Position numbers and translations under genes: made by a program. From Eledone cirrhosa (lineage: Eukaryota): a stretch of DNA of 64,000 nt. The DNA lies in contig OZ024742.1 in assembly GCA_964016885.1 (NCBI GenBank), positions 348,688,001 through 348,752,000 on the forward strand, read 5' to 3'. The stretch's first letter is position 1. Each line of letters opens with the position of its first letter. The notes beneath the pieces were generated by a model. The model was not told the DNA's origin. It saw nothing but the letters and a program-made list of their open reading frames with translations, and searched no databases. Shown here piece by piece: positions 25,701 through 39,950 of this stretch.

Positions 25701-28700
25701 AGGTGTGGTTGAACAGTTAAGGTGTTCTACTGATGTGTGGTTGGACAGTTAAGGTGTTCTACTCAGGTGTGGTTGGACAGTTAAGGTGTTCTACTGATAT
25801 GTGGGTGGTTAGTTAAGGTGTTCTACTCAGGTGTGGTTGGACAGTTAAGGTGTTCTACTGATGTGTGGTTGGTTAGTTAAGGTGTTCTACTCAAGTGTAG
25901 TTGAACAGTTAAGGTGTTCTATTCAGGTGTAGTTGGACAGTTAAGGTGTTCTATTCAGGTGTGGTTGGACAGTTAAAGTGGTCTACTCAGGTGTGGTTGG
26001 TTAGTTAAGGTGTTCTACTCAGGTGTAGTTGATCAGTTAAGGTGTTCTATTCAGGTGTAGTTGGACAGTTAAGGTGTTCTACTCAGGTGTGGTTGGACAG
26101 TTAAGGTGTTCTACTGATGTGTGGTTGGTTAGTTAAGGTGTTCTACTCAAGTTTAGTTGGACATTTAAGGTGTTCTACTCAGGTGTAGTTGAACAGTTAA
26201 GGTGTTCTATTCAGCTGTAGTTGAACAGTTAAAGTGTTCTATTCAGGTGTGGTTGGTTAGTTAAGGTGCTCTACTCAGGTGTAGATGGACAGTTAAGGTG
26301 TTCTACTCAGGTGTAGATGGACAGTTAAGGTGTTCTACTCAGGTGTGGTTGAACAGTGAAGGTGTTCTACTCAGGTGTGGCTGGACAGCTAATGTGTTCT
26401 ACGGAGGTGTGGTTGGACAGTTAAGGTGTTCTACTCAGGTGTGGTTGGACAGCTAAGGTGTTCTACTCAGGTGTAGTTGGACAGTTAAGGTGTTCTACTC
26501 AAGTGTGGTTGGACAGGTAATGTGTTCTACTGAGGTGTAGATGGACAGTTAAGGTGTTCTACTGATGTGTGGTTGGTTAGTTAAGGTTTTCTACTCCGGT
26601 GTAGTTGGACATTTAAGGTGTTCTACTTATGTGTAGTTGGACAGTTAAGGTGTTCTACTCAGGTGTGGTTGAACAGTTACGTTGTTCTACTCAAGTGTAG
26701 TTGAACAGTTAAGGTGTTCTACTCAAGTGTGGTTGGACAGTTAATGTGTTCTACTCAGGTGTGGTTGAACAGTTAAGGTGTTCTACTCAGGTGTGGTTGG
26801 ACAGTTAAGGTGTTCTACTCAGGTGTGGTTGAACAGTTAAGGTATTCTACTCAGGTGTAGTTGGACAGTTAAGGTGTTCTATTCAGGTGTGGTTGAACAG
26901 TTAAGGTGTTCTACTCAGGTGTGGTTGGACAGTGAAGGTGTTCTAGTCAGGTGTAGTTGAACAGTTAAGGTGTTCTACTCAGGTGTAGTTGGACATTTAA
27001 GGTGTTCTATTCAGGTGTGGTTGAACAGTTAAGGTGTTCTACTGATGTGTGGTTGGACAGTTAAGGTGTTCTACTCAGGTGTGGTTGGACAGTTAAGGTG
27101 TTCTACTGATATGTGGTTGGTTAGTTAAGGTGTTCTACTCAGGTGTGGTTGGACAGTTAAGGTGTTCTACTGATGTGTGGTTGGTTAGTTAAGGTGTTCT
27201 ACTCAAGTGTAGTTGAACAGTTAAGGTGTTCTATTCAGGTGTAGTTGGACATTTAAGGTGTTCTATTCAGGTGTGGTTGAACAGTTAAGGTGTTCTACTG
27301 ATGTGTGGTTGGACAGTTAAGGTGTTCTACTCAGGTGTGGTTGGACAGTTAAGGTGTTCTACTGATATGTGGTTGGTTAGTTAAGGTGTTCTACTCAGGT
27401 GTGGTTGGACAGTTAAGGTGTTCTACTGATGTGTGGTTGATTAGTTAAGGTGTTCTACTCAAGTGTAGTTGAACAGTTAAGGTGTTCTATTCAGGTGTAG
27501 TTGGACAGTTAAGGTGTTCTACTCAGGTGCGGTTGAACAGTTAAGGTGTTCTACTCAGGTGTAGTTGGACAGTTAAGGTGTTCTATTCAGGTGTGGTTGG
27601 ACAGTTAAAGTGGTCTACTCAGGTGTGGTTGGTTAGTTAAAGTGTTCTACTCAGGTGTAGTTGATCAGTTAAGGTGTTCTATTCAGGTGTAGTTGGACAG
27701 CTAAGGTGGTCTACTCAGGTGTAGTTGGACAGTTAAGGTGTTCTACTGATGTGTGGTTGGTTAGTTAAGGTGTTCTACTCAGCTGTGGTGGGATAGTTAA
27801 GGTGTTCTACTGATGTGTGGTTGGTTAGTTAAGGTGTTCTACTCAGGTGTAGTTGGACAGTTAAGGTGTTCTACTCAGGTGTGGTTGGACAGTTAAGGTG
27901 TTCTACTGATGTGTGTTTGGTTAGTTAAGTTGTTCTACTCAGGTGTGGTTGGACAGCTAAGGTGTTCTACTCAGGTGTGTTTGGACAGTTAAGGTGTTCT
28001 ACTGATGTGTGGTTGGTTAGTTAAGGTGTTCTACTCAAGTGTAGTTGGACGTTTAAGGTGTTCTACTCAGGTGTAGTTGAACAGTTAAGGTGTTCTATTC
28101 AGGTGTAGTTGGAAGTTAAGGTGTTCTACTCAGGCGTAGTTGAACAGTTAAGGTGTTCTATTCAGGTGGAGTTGAACAGTTAAGGTGTTCTATTCAGTTG
28201 TGGTTGTTTATTTAAGGTGGTCAACTCAGGTGTAGATGGACAGTTAAGGTGTTCTACTCAGGTGTAGATGGACAGTTAAGGTGTTCTACTCAGGTGTAGT
28301 TGGACAGTTAAGGTGTTCTACTCAGGTGTGGTTGGACAGCTAAGGTGTTCTACTCAGGTGTAGTTGGACAGTTAAGGTGTTCTACTCAGGTGTGGTTGGA
28401 CAGGTAAGGTGTTCTACTCAGGTGTAGATGGACAGTTAAGGTGTTTTACTGATGTGTGGTTGGTTAGTTAAGGTGTTCTACACAGGTGTAGGTGGACATT
28501 TAAGGAGTTCTACTCAGGTGTAATTGGACAGTTAAGGTGTTCTCCTCAGGTGTGATTGGACAGTTAAGGTGTTCTACTGATGTGTGGTTGGTTAGTTAGG
28601 GTGTTCTATTCAGGTGTAGTTGGACAGGTAAGGTGTTCTACTCAGGTGTAGTTGGACAGTTAATGTGTTCTACTCAGGTGTAGTTGGACAGTTAAGGTGT

Positions 28701-31700
28701 TCTACTCAGGTGTGATTGGACAGTTAAGGTGTTCTACTGATGTGTGGTTGGTTAGTTAAGGTGTTCTACGCAGGTGTAGTTGGACATTTAAGGTGTTCTA
28801 TTCAGGTGTAGTTGGACAGTTAAGGTGTTCTACTGATGTGTGGTTGAACAGTTAAGGTGTTCTACTCAGGTGTGATTGGACAGTTAAGGTGTTCTACTGA
28901 TGTGTGGTTTGTTAGTTAAGGTGTTCTACTCAGGTGTATTTGGACATTTAAGGTGTTCTATTCAGGTGTAGTTGAACAGTTAAGGTGTTCTTTTCAGGTG
29001 TGGTTGGTTAGTTAAGGTGGTCTACTCAGGTGTAGATGGACAGTTAAGGTGTTCTACTCAGGTGTGGTTGGTTAGTTAAGGTGGTCTACTCAGGTGTAGA
29101 TGGACAGTTAAGGTGTTCTACTCAGGTGTGATTGGTTAGTTAAGGTGGTCTACTCAGGTGTAGATGGATAGTTAAGGTGTTCTACTCAGGCGTAGTTGGA
29201 CAGTTAAGTTGTTCTACTCAGGTGTGGTTGGACAGTTAAGGTGTTCTACTCAGGTGTGTTTGGACAGTTAAGGTGTTCTACTGTTGTGTGGTTGGTTAGT
29301 TAAGGTGTTCTACTCAAGTGTAGTTGGACGTTTAAGGTGTTCTACTCAGGTGTAGTTGAACAGTTAAGGTGTTCTACTCAGGTGTGATTGGACAGTGAAG
29401 GTGTTCTACTCATGTGTAGTGGAACAGTTAAGGTGTTCTACTCAGGTGTAGTTGGACAGTTAAGGTGTTCTATTCAGGTGTAGTTGAACAGTTAAGGTGT
29501 TCTATTCAGGTGTGGTTGGTTATTTAAGGTGGTCTACTCAGGTGTAGATGGACAGTTAAGGTGTTCTACTCAGGTGTGATTGGACAGTGAAGGTGTTCTA
29601 CTCAGGTGTAGTTGAACAGTTAAGGTGTTCTACTCAGGTGTAGTTGGACATTTAAGGTGTTCTATTCAGGTGTGGTTGAACAGTTAAGGTGTTCTACTGA
29701 TATGTGGTTAGTTAGTTAAGGTGTTCTACTCAGGTGTGGTTGGATAGTTAAGGTGTTCTACTGATGTGTGGTTGGTTAGTTAAGGTATTCTACTCAAGTG
29801 TAGTTGAACAGTTAAGGTGTTCTATTCAGGTGTAGTTGGACAGTTAAAGTGTTCTACTCAGGTGTGGTTGAACAGTTAAGGCGTTCTACTCAGGTGTAGT
29901 TGGACAGTTAAGGTGTTCTACTCAGGTGTAGTTGGACAGTTAAGGTGTTCTATTCAGGTGTGGTTGGACAGTTAAAGTGGTCTACTCAGGTGTGGTTGGT
30001 TAGTTAAGGTGTTCTACTCAGGTGTAGTTGATCAGTTAAGGTGTTCTATTCAGGTGTAGTTGGACAGTTAAGGTGCTCTACTCAGGTGTAGTTGGACAGT
30101 TAAGGTGTTCTACTGATGTGTGGTTGGTTAGTTAAGGTGGTCTACTCAGGCGTAGTTGAACAGTTAAGGTGTTCTACTCAGCTGTGGTTGGACAGTTAAG
30201 GTGTTCTACTGATGTGTGGTTGGTTAGTTAAGGTGTTCTACTCAGGTGTAGATGGACATTTAAGGTGTTCTACTCAGGTGTGGTTGGACAGTTAAGGTGT
30301 TCTACTGATGTGTGTTTGGTTAGTTAAGGTGTTCTACTCAGGTGTGTTTGGACAGCTAAGGTGTTCTACTCAGGTGTGGTTGGACAGCTAAGGTGTTCTA
30401 CTCAGGTGTAGTTGGACAGTTAAGGTGTTCTACTCAGGTGTGGTTGGACAGGTAAGGTGTTCTACTCAGGTGTAGATGGACAGTTAAGGTGTTCTACTGA
30501 TGTGTGGTTGGTTAGTTAAGGTGTTCTACTCAGGTGTAGGTGGACATTTAAGGAGTTCTACTCAGGTGTAATTGGACAGTTAAGGTGTTCTCCTCAGGTG
30601 TGATTGGACAGTTAAGGTGTTCTACTGATGTGTGGTTGGTTAGTTAAGGTGTTCTATTCAGGTGTAGTTGGACAGTTAAGGTGTTCTACTCAGGTGTAGT
30701 TGGACAGTTAAGGTGTTCTACTCAGGTGTAGTTGGACAGTTAAGGTGTTCTACTCAGGTGTGATTGGACAGTTAAGGTGTTCTACTGATGTGTGGTTGGT
30801 TAGTTAAGGTGTTCTACTCAGGTGTAGTTGGACAGTTAAGATGTTCTACTGATGTGTGGTTGAACAGTTAAGGTGTTCTAATCAGGTGTGGTTGGACAGT
30901 TAAGGTGTTCTACTCATGTGTAGTTGAACAGTTAAGGTGTTCTATTCAGGTGTAGTTGAACATTTAAGGTGTTCTTTTCAGGTGTGGTTGGTTAGTTAAG
31001 GTGGTCTACTCAGGTGTAGATGGACAGTTAAGGTGTTCTACTCAGGTGTGGTTGGTTAGTTAAGGTGGTCTACTCAGGTGTAGATGGACAGTTAAGGTGT
31101 TCTACTCAGGTGTGATTGGTTAGTTAAGGTGGTCTACTCAGGTGTAGATGGACAGTTAAGGTGTTCTACTCAGGCGTAGTTGGACAGTTAAGTTGTTCTA
31201 CTCAGGTGTGGTTGGACAGTTAAGGTGTTCTACTCAGGTGTGTTTGGACAGTTAAGGTGTTCTACTGTTGTGTGGTTGGTTAGTTAAGGTGTTCTACTCA
31301 AGTGTAGTTGGACGTTTAAGGTGTTCTACTCAGGTGTAGTTGAACAGTTAAGGTGTTCTACTCAGGTGTGATTGGACAGTGAAGGTGTTCTACTCATGTG
31401 TAGTGGAACAGTTAAGGTGTTCTACTCAGGTGTAGTTGGACAGTTAAGGTGTTCTATTCAGGTGTAGTTGAACAGTTAAGGTGTTCTATTCAGGTGTGGT
31501 TGGTTATTTAAGGTGGTCTACTCAGGTGTAGATGGACAGTTAAGGTGTTCTACTCAGGTGTAGATGGACAGTTAAGGTGTTCTACTCAGGTGTAGTTGGA
31601 CTGTTAAGGTGTTCTACTCAGGTGTGATTGGACAGTGAAGGTGTTCTACTCAGGTGTAGTTGAACAGTTAAGGTGTTCTACTCAGGTGTAGTTGGACATT

Positions 31701-34700
31701 TAAGGTGTTCTATTCAGGTGTGGTTGAACAGTTAAGGTGTTCTACTGATATGTGGTTGGTTAGTTAAGGTGTTCTACTCAGGTGTGGTTGGACAGTTAAG
31801 GTGTTCTACTGATGTGTGGTTGGTTAGTTAAGGTATTCTACTCAAGTGTAGTTGAACAGTTAAGGTGTTCTATTCAGGTGTAGTTGGACAGTTAAGGTGT
31901 TCTACTCAGGTGTGGTTGAACAGTTAAGGCGTTCTACTCAGGTGTAGTTGGACAGTTAAGGTGTTCTACTCAGGTGTAGTTGGACAGTTAAGGTGTTCTA
32001 TTCAGGTGTGGTTGGACAGTTAAAGTGGTCTACTCAGGTGTGGTTGGTTAGTTAAGGTGTTCTACTCAGGTGTAGTTGATCAGTTAAGGTGTTCTATTCA
32101 GGTGTAGTTGGACAGTTAAGGTGGTCTACTCAGGTGTAGTTGGACAGTTAAGGTGTTCTACTGATGTGTGGTTGGTTAGTTAAGGTGGTCTACTCAGGCG
32201 TAGTTGAACAGTTAAGGTGTTCTACTCAGCTGTGGTTGGACAGTTAAGGTGTTCTACTGATGTGTGGTTGGTTAGTTAAGGTGTTCTACTCAGGTGTAGT
32301 TGGACATTTAAGGTGTTCTACTCAGGTGTGGTTGGACAGTTAAGGTGTTCTACTGATGTGTGTTTGGTTAGTTAAGGTGTTCTACTCAGGTGTGGTTGGA
32401 CAGCTAAGGTGTTCTACTCAGGTGTGGTTGGACAGCTAAGGTGTTCTACTCAGGTGTAGTTGGACAGTTAAGGTGTTCTACTCAGGTGTGGTTGGACAGG
32501 TAAGGTGTTCTACTCAGGTGTAGATGGACAGTTAAGGTGTTTTACTGATGTGTGGTTGGTTAGTTAAGGTGTTCTACTCAGGTGTAGGTGGACATTTAAG
32601 GAGTTCTACTCAGGTGTAATTGGACAGTTAATGTGTTCTCCTCAGGTGTGATTGGACAGTTAAGGTGTTCTACTGATGTGTGGTTGGTTAGTTAAGGTGT
32701 TCTATTCAGGTGTAGTTGGACAGTTAAGGTGTTCTACTCAGGTGTAGTTGGACAGTTAAGGTGTTCTACTCAGGTGTAGTTGGACAGTTAAGGTGTTCTA
32801 CTCAGGTGTGATTGGACAGTTAAGGTGTTCTACTGATGTGTGGTTGGTTAGTTAAGGTGTTCTACTCAGGTGTAGTTGGACAGTTAAGATGTTCTACTGA
32901 TGTGTGGTTGAACAGTTAAGGTGTTCTAATTAGGTGTGGTTGGACAGTTAAGGTGTTCTACTCATGTGTAGTTGAACAGTTAAGGTGTTCTATTCAGGTG
33001 TAGTTGAACATTTAAGGTGTTCTATTCAGGTGTGGTTGGTTAGTTAAGGTGGTCTACTCAGGTGTAGATGGACAGTTAAGTTGTTCTACTCAGGTGTGGT
33101 TGGTTAGTTAAGGTGGTCTACTCACGTGTAGATGGACAGTTAATGTGTTCTACTCAGGTGTGATTGGTTAGTTAAGGTGGTCTACTCAGGTGTAGATGGA
33201 CAGTTAAGGTGTTCTACTCAGGTGTGGTTCGACAGTTAAGGTGTTCTACTCAGGTGTAGGTGAACAGTTAAGGTGTTCTATTCAGGTGTATTTGGACAGT
33301 TAAGTTGTTCTACTCAGGTGTAGTTGGACAGTTAAGGTGTTCTACTCAGGTGTGGTTGGACAGTTAAGATGTTGCACTCAGGTGTGGTTGAACAGTTAAG
33401 GTGTTCTACTGAGGTGTAGTTGGACAGTTAAGGTGTTCTCTTCAGGTGTTGTTGAACAGTTTATGTGTTCTACTGATGTGTGGTTGGACAGTTAATGTGT
33501 CCTACTCAGGTGTAGTTGAACAGTTAAGGTGTTCTACTCAGGTGTGGTTGGACAGTTAAGGTGTTCTATTCAGGTGTGGTTGAACAGTTAAGGTGTTCTA
33601 CTGATGTGTGGTTGGACAGTTAAGGTGTCCTACTCAGATGTTGAACAGTTAAGGTGTTCTACTCAGGTGTTGCTGAACAGTTAAAGTGTTCTACTCAGTT
33701 GTAGTTGGACAGTTAAGGTGTTCTACTCAGGTGTAGTTGGACAGTTAAGGTGTTCTACTGGTGTGTGGTTGGTTAGTTAAGGTGTTCTACTCAGGTGTAG
33801 TTGGACATTTAAGGTGTTCTATTCAGGTGTAGTTGGAAAGTTAAGGTGTTCTACTCAGGTGTAGTTGAACAGTTAAGGTGTTCTACTCAGGTGTGGTTGG
33901 ACAGTTAAGGTGTTCTACTCAGGTGTGGTTGAACAGTTAAGATATTCTACTCAGGTGTAGTTGGACAGTTAAGGTGTTCTATTCAGGTGTAGTTGGACAG
34001 TTAAGGTGTTCTACTCAGGTGTGGTTGAACAGTTAAGGTGTTCTACTCAGGTGTAGTTGGACAGTTAATGTGTTCTACTCAGGTGTAGTTGGACGGTTAA
34101 GGTGTTCTATTCAGGTGTGGTTGAACAGTTAAGGTGTTCTACTGATGCGTGGTTGAACAGTTAAGGTGTTCTACTCAGGTGTATTTGGACAGTTAAGATG
34201 TTCTATTCAGGTGTGGTTGAACAGTTAAGGTGTTCTACTGATGTGTGGTTGGACAGTTAAGGTGTTCTACTCAGGTGTAGTTTGACAGTTAAGGTATTCT
34301 ACTCAGGTGTGGTTGGACAGTTAAGGTGTTCTACTGATATGTGGTTGGACAGTTAAGGTGTTCTACTGATATGTGGTTGGTTAGTTAAGGTGTTCTACTC
34401 AGGTGAAGTTGAACAGTTAAGGTGTTCTATTCAGGTGTAGTTGGACAGTTAAGGTGTTCTACTCAGGTGTGGTTGAACAGTTAAGGTGTTCTACTCAGGT
34501 GTAGTTGGACAGTTAAGTTGTTCTACTCAGGTGTAGTTGGACAGTTAAGGTGTTCTACTCAGGTGTGGTTGGACAGTTAAGGTGTTCTACTGATATTTGG
34601 TTGGTTAGTTAAGGTGTTCTACTCAGGTGTAGTTGGACAGTTAAGGTGTTCTACTCAGGTGTAGTTGGACAGTTAAGGTGTTCTATTCAGGTGTGGTTGA

Positions 34701-35500
34701 ACAGTTAAGATGTTCTATTCAGGTGTGGTTGGACAGTTAAAGTGGTCTACTCAGCTGTGGTTGGTTAGTTAAGGTGTTCTACTCAGGTGTAGTTGATCAG
34801 TTAAGGTGTTCTATTCAGGTGTAGTTGGACAGTTAAGGTGGTCTACTCAGGTGTAGTTGGACAGTTAAGGTGTTCTACTGATGTGTGGTTGGTTAGTTAA
34901 GGTATTCTACTCAGGTGTAGTTGGACAGTTAAGGTATTCTACTCAGGTGTGGTTGGACAGATAAGGTGTTCTACTCAGGTGTGGTTGGACAGTTAAGGTG
35001 TTCTACTGATGTGTGTTTGGTTAGTTAAGGGGTTCTACTCAGGTGTGGTTGAAGAGTTGAGTTGTTCTACTCAGGTCTGGCTGGACAGCTAAGGTGTTCT
35101 ACTCAGGTGTGGTTGGACAGTTAAGGTGTTCTACTGATGTGTGGTTGGATAGTTAAGGTGTTCTACTCAACTGTAGTTGGACATTTAAGGTGTTCTACTC
35201 AGGTGTAGGTGAACAATTAAGGTGTTCTACTCAGGTGTGGTTGGACAGTTAAGATGTTGCACTCAGGTGTGGTTGAACAGTTAAGGTGTTCTACTGAGGT
35301 GTAGTTGGACAGTTAAGGTGTTCTATTCAGGTGTTGTTGAACAGTTAAGGTGTTCTACTTAGGTGTGGTTGGACAGTTAAGGTGTTCTATTCAGGTGTGG
35401 TTGAACAGTTAAGGTGTTCTACTGATGTGTGGTTGGACAGTTAAGGTGTCCTACTCAGATGTAGTTGAACAGTTAAGGTGTTCTATTCAGGTGTGGTTGA
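25400..35500 (+). repeat. Macro-block copy 2, homologous to about 38900-48950 at +13.5 kb and to about 4500-14900 at about -20.8 kb
   Basis: acggagg 26401/39901 (+13500); ggaagtt deletion 28111/41646 (+13535); agatgttgaa deletion 33636/47171 (+13535). The same markers appear in the same order at 5578, 7195 and 12911. Boundaries are approximate. Confidence 0.88.
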
Positions 35501-36599
35501 ACAGTTAAGGTGTTCTACTGATGCGTGGTTGGACAGTTAAGGTGTTCTACTCAGGTGTAGTTGAACATTTAAGGTGTTCTACTCAGGTGTAGTTGGACAG
35601 TTAAGGTGTTCTATTCAGGTGTGGTTGAACAGTTAAGGTGTTCTACTGATGTGTGGATGGACAGTTAAGGTGTTCTACTCAGGTGTAGTTTGACAGTTAA
35701 GATATTCTACTCAGGTGTGGTTGGACAGTTAAGGTGTTCTACTGATATGTGGTTGGACAGTTAAGGTGTTCTACTGATATGTGGTTGGTTAGTTAAGGTG
35801 TTCTACTCAGGTGAAGTTGAACAGTTAAGGTGTTCTATTCAGGTGAAGTTGAACAGTTAAGGTGTTCTATTCAGGTGTAGATGGACAGTTAAGGTGTTCT
35901 ACTCAGGTGTAGTTGGACAGTTAAGGTGTTCTACTCAGGTGTGGTTGAACAGTTAAGGTGTTCTACTCAGGTGTGGTTGGACAGCTAAGGTGTTCTACTC
36001 AGGTTTAGTTGGACAGTTAAGGTGTTCTACTCAGGTGTGCTTGGACAGGGAAGGTGTTCTACTCAGGTGTAGATGGACAGTTAAGGTGTTCTACTGATGT
36101 GTGGTTGGTTAGTTAAGGTGTTCTACTCAGGTGTAGGTGGACATTTAAGGAGTTCTACTCATGTGTAATGGGACAGTTAAGGTGTTCTCCTCAGGTGTGA
36201 TTGGACAGTTAAGGTGTTCTACTGATGTGTGGTTGGTTAGTTAAGGTGTTCTATTCAGGTGTAGTTGGACAGGTAAGGTGTTCTACTCAGGTGTAGTTGG
36301 ACAGTTAAGGTGTTTTACTCAGGTGTAGTTGGAGAGTTAAGGTGTTCTACTCAGGTGTGATTGGACAGTTAAAGTGTTCTACTGATGTGTGTTTGGTTAG
36401 TTAAGGTGTTCTACTCAGGTGTAGTTGGACATTTAAGGTGTTCTATTCAGGTGTAGTTAGACAGTTAAGGTGTTCTACTGATGTGTGGTTGAACAGTTAA
36501 GGTGCTCTAATCAGGTGTGGTTGGACAGTTAAGATGTTCTACTCATGCGTAGTTGAAGAGTTAAGGTGTTCTATTCAGGTGTAGTTGAACAGTTAAGGT

Positions 36600-39500
36600 G
36601 TTTCTTTCAGGTGTGGTTGGTTAGTTAAGGTGGTCTACTCAGGTGTAGATGGACAGTTAAGGTGTTCTACTCAGGTGTGATTGGTTAGTTAAGGTGGTCT
36701 ACTCAGGTGTAGATGGACAGTTAAGGTGTTCTACTCAGGCGTAGTTGGACAGTTAAGTTGTTCTACTCAGGTGTGGTTGGACAGTTAAGGTGTTCTACTC
36801 AGGTGTGTTTGGACAGTTAAGGTGTTCTACTGATGTGTGGTTGGTTAGTTAAGGTGTTCTACTCAGGTGTAGTTGAACAGTTAAGGTGTTCTATTCAGGT
36901 GTAGTTGGACAGTTAAGGTGTTCTACTCAGGTGTAGTTGGACAGTTAAAGTGTTCTACTCAGGTGTAGTTGAACAGTTAAGGTGTTCTATTCAGGTGTGG
37001 TTGGTTATTTAAGGTGGTCTACTCAGGTGTAGATGGACAGTTAAGGTGTTCTACTCAGGTGTAGATGGACAGTTAAGTTGTTCTACTCAGGTGTAGTTGG
37101 ACAGTTAAGGTGTTCTACTCAGGTGTGGTTGGACAGTTAAGGTGTTCTATTCAGGTGTGGTTGAACAGTTAAGGTGTTCTACTCAGGTGTGGTTGGACAG
37201 TTAAGGTGTTCTACTGACATGTGGTTGGTTAGTTAAGGTGTTCTACTCAGGTGTGGTTGGACAGTTAAGGTGTTCTACTGATATGTGGTTGGTTAGTTAA
37301 GGTGTTCTACTCAGGTGTGGTTGGACAGTTAAGGTGTTCTACTGATGTGTGGTTGGTTACTTAAGGTATTCTACTCAAGTGTAGTTGAACAGTTAAGGTG
37401 TTCTACTCAGGTGTAGTTGGACAGTTAAGGTGTTCTACTCAGGTGTAGTTGGACATTTAAGGTGTTCTATTCAGGCGTGGTTGAACAGTTAAGGTGTTCT
37501 ACTGATGTGTGGTTGGACAGTTAAGGTGTTCTACTCAGGTGTGGTTGGACAGTTAAGGTGTTCTACTGATATGTGGTTGGTTAGTTAAGGTGTTCTACTC
37601 AGGTGTGGTTGGACAGTTAAGGTGTTCTACTGATGTGTGGTTGGTTAGTTAAGGTGTTCTACTCAAGTGTAGTTGAACAGTTAAGGTGTTCTATTCAGGT
37701 GTAGTTGGACAGTTAAGGTGTTCTACTCAGGTGTGGTTGAACAGTTAAGGCGTTCTACTCAGGTGTAGTTGGACAGTTAAGGTGTTCTACTCAGGTGTAG
37801 TTGGACAGTTAAGGTGTTCTATTCAGGTGTGGTTGGACAGTTAAAGTGGTCTACTCAGGTGTGGTTGGTTAGTTAAGGTGTTCTACTCAGGTGTAGTTGA
37901 TCAGTTAAGGTGTTCTATTCAGGTGTAGTTGGACAGTTAAGGTGTTCTACTCAGGTGTGGTTGGACCGTTAAGGTGTTCTACTGATGTGTGGTTGGTTAG
38001 TTAAGGTGTTCTACTCAAGTTTAGTTGGACATTTAAGGTGTTCTACTCAGGTGTAGTTGAACAGTTAAGGTGTTCTATTCAGCTGTAGTTGAACAGTTAA
38101 GGTGTACTATTCAGGTGTGGTTGGTTAGTTAAGGTGCTCTACTCAGGTGTAGATGGACAGTTAAGGTGTTCTACTCAGGTGTAGATGGACAGTGAAGGTG
38201 TTCTACTCAGGTGTGGCTGGACAGCTAATGTGTTCTACGGAGGTGTGGTTGGACAGTTAAGGTGTTCTACTCAGGTGTGGTTGGACAGTTAAGGTGTTTC
38301 TTTCAGGTGTGGTTGGTTAGTTAAGGTGGTCTACTCAGGTGTAGATGGACAGTTAAGGTGTTCTACTCAGGTGTGATTGGTTAGTTAAGGTGGTCTACTC
38401 AGGTGTAGATGGACAGTTAAGGTGTTCTACTCAGGCGTAGTTGGACAGTTAATTTGTTCTACTCAGGTGTGGTTGGACAGTTAAGGTGTTCTACTCAGGT
38501 GTGTTTGGACAGTTAAGGTGTTCTACTGATGTGTGGTTGGTTAGTTAAGGTGTTCTACTCAGGTGTAGTTGAACAGTTAAGGTGTTCTATTCAGGTGTAG
38601 TTGGACAGTTAAGGTGTTCTACTCAGGTGTAGTTGGACAGTTAAGGTGTTCTACTCAGGTGTAGTTGAACAGTTAAGGTGTTCTATTCAGGTGTGGTTGG
38701 TTATTTAAGGTGGTCTACTCAGGTGTAGATGGACAGTTAAGGTGTTCTACTCAGGTGTAGATGGACAGTTAAGTTGTTCTACTCAGGTGTAGTTGGACAG
38801 TTAAGGTGTTCTATTCAGGTGTGGTTGAACAGTTAAGGTGTTCTACTCAGGTGTGGTTGGACAGTTAAGGTGTTCTACTGACATGTGGTTGGTTAGTTAA
38901 TGTGTTCTACTCAGGTGTGGTTGGACAGTTAAGGTGTTCTACTGATATGTGGTTGGTTAGTTAAGGTGTTCTACTCAGGTGTGGTTGGACAGTTAAGGTG
39001 TTCTACTGATGTGTGGTTGGTTACTTAAGGTATTCTACTCAAGTGTAGTTGAACAGTTAAGGTGTTCTACTCAGGTGTAGTTGGACAGTTAAGGTGTTCT
39101 ACTCAGGTGTAGTTGGACATTTAAGGTGTTCTATTCAGGCGTGGTTGAACAGTTAAGGTGTTCTACTGATGTGTGGTTGGACAGTTAAGGTGTTCTACTC
39201 AGGTGTGGTTGGACAGTTAAGGTGTTCTACTGATATGTGGTTGGTTAGTTAAGGTGTTCTACTCAGGTGTGGTTGGACAGTTAAGGTGTTCTACTGATGT
39301 GTGGTTGGTTAGTTAAGGTGTTCTACTCAAGTGTAGTTGAACAGTTAAGGTGTTCTATTCAGGTGTAGTTGGACAGTTAAGGTGTTCTACTCAGGTGTGG
39401 TTGAACAGTTAAGGCGTTCTACTCAGGTGTAGTTGGACAGTTAAGGTGTTCTACTCAGGTGTAGTTGGACAGTTAAGGTGTTCTATTCAGGTGTGGTTGG

Positions 39501-39950
39501 ACAGTTAAAGTGGTCTACTCAGGTGTGGTTGGTTAGTTAAGGTGTTCTACTCAGGTGTAGTTGATCAGTTAAGGTGTTCTATTCAGGTGTAGTTGGACAG
39601 TTAAGGTGTTCTACTCAGGTGTGGTTGGACAGTTAAGGTGTTCTACTGATGTGTGGTTGGTTAGTTAAGGTGTTCTACTCAAGTTTAGTTGGACATTTAA
39701 GGTGTTCTACTCAGGTGTAGTTGAACAGTTAAGGTGTTCTATTCAGCTGTAGTTGAACAGTTAAGGTGTTCTATTCAGGTGTGGTTGGTTAGTTAAGGTG
39801 CTCTACTCAGGTGTAGATGGACAGTTAAGGTGTTCTACTCAGGTGTAGATGGACAGTGAAGGTGTTCTACTCAGGTGTGGCTGGACAGCTAATGTGTTCT
39901 ACGGAGGTGTGGTTGGACAGTTAAGGTGTTCTACTCAGGTGTGGTTGGAC
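36600..39950 (+). repeat. Tandem duplication of a ~1.66-1.70 kb (52-53 monomer) block
   Basis: tttctttcag 36601/38297 (+1696 = 53x32); ttacttaagg 37357/39021 (+1664 = 52x32). actgacatgt and ttcaggcgtgg are also shared by the two copies. Confidence 0.88.
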
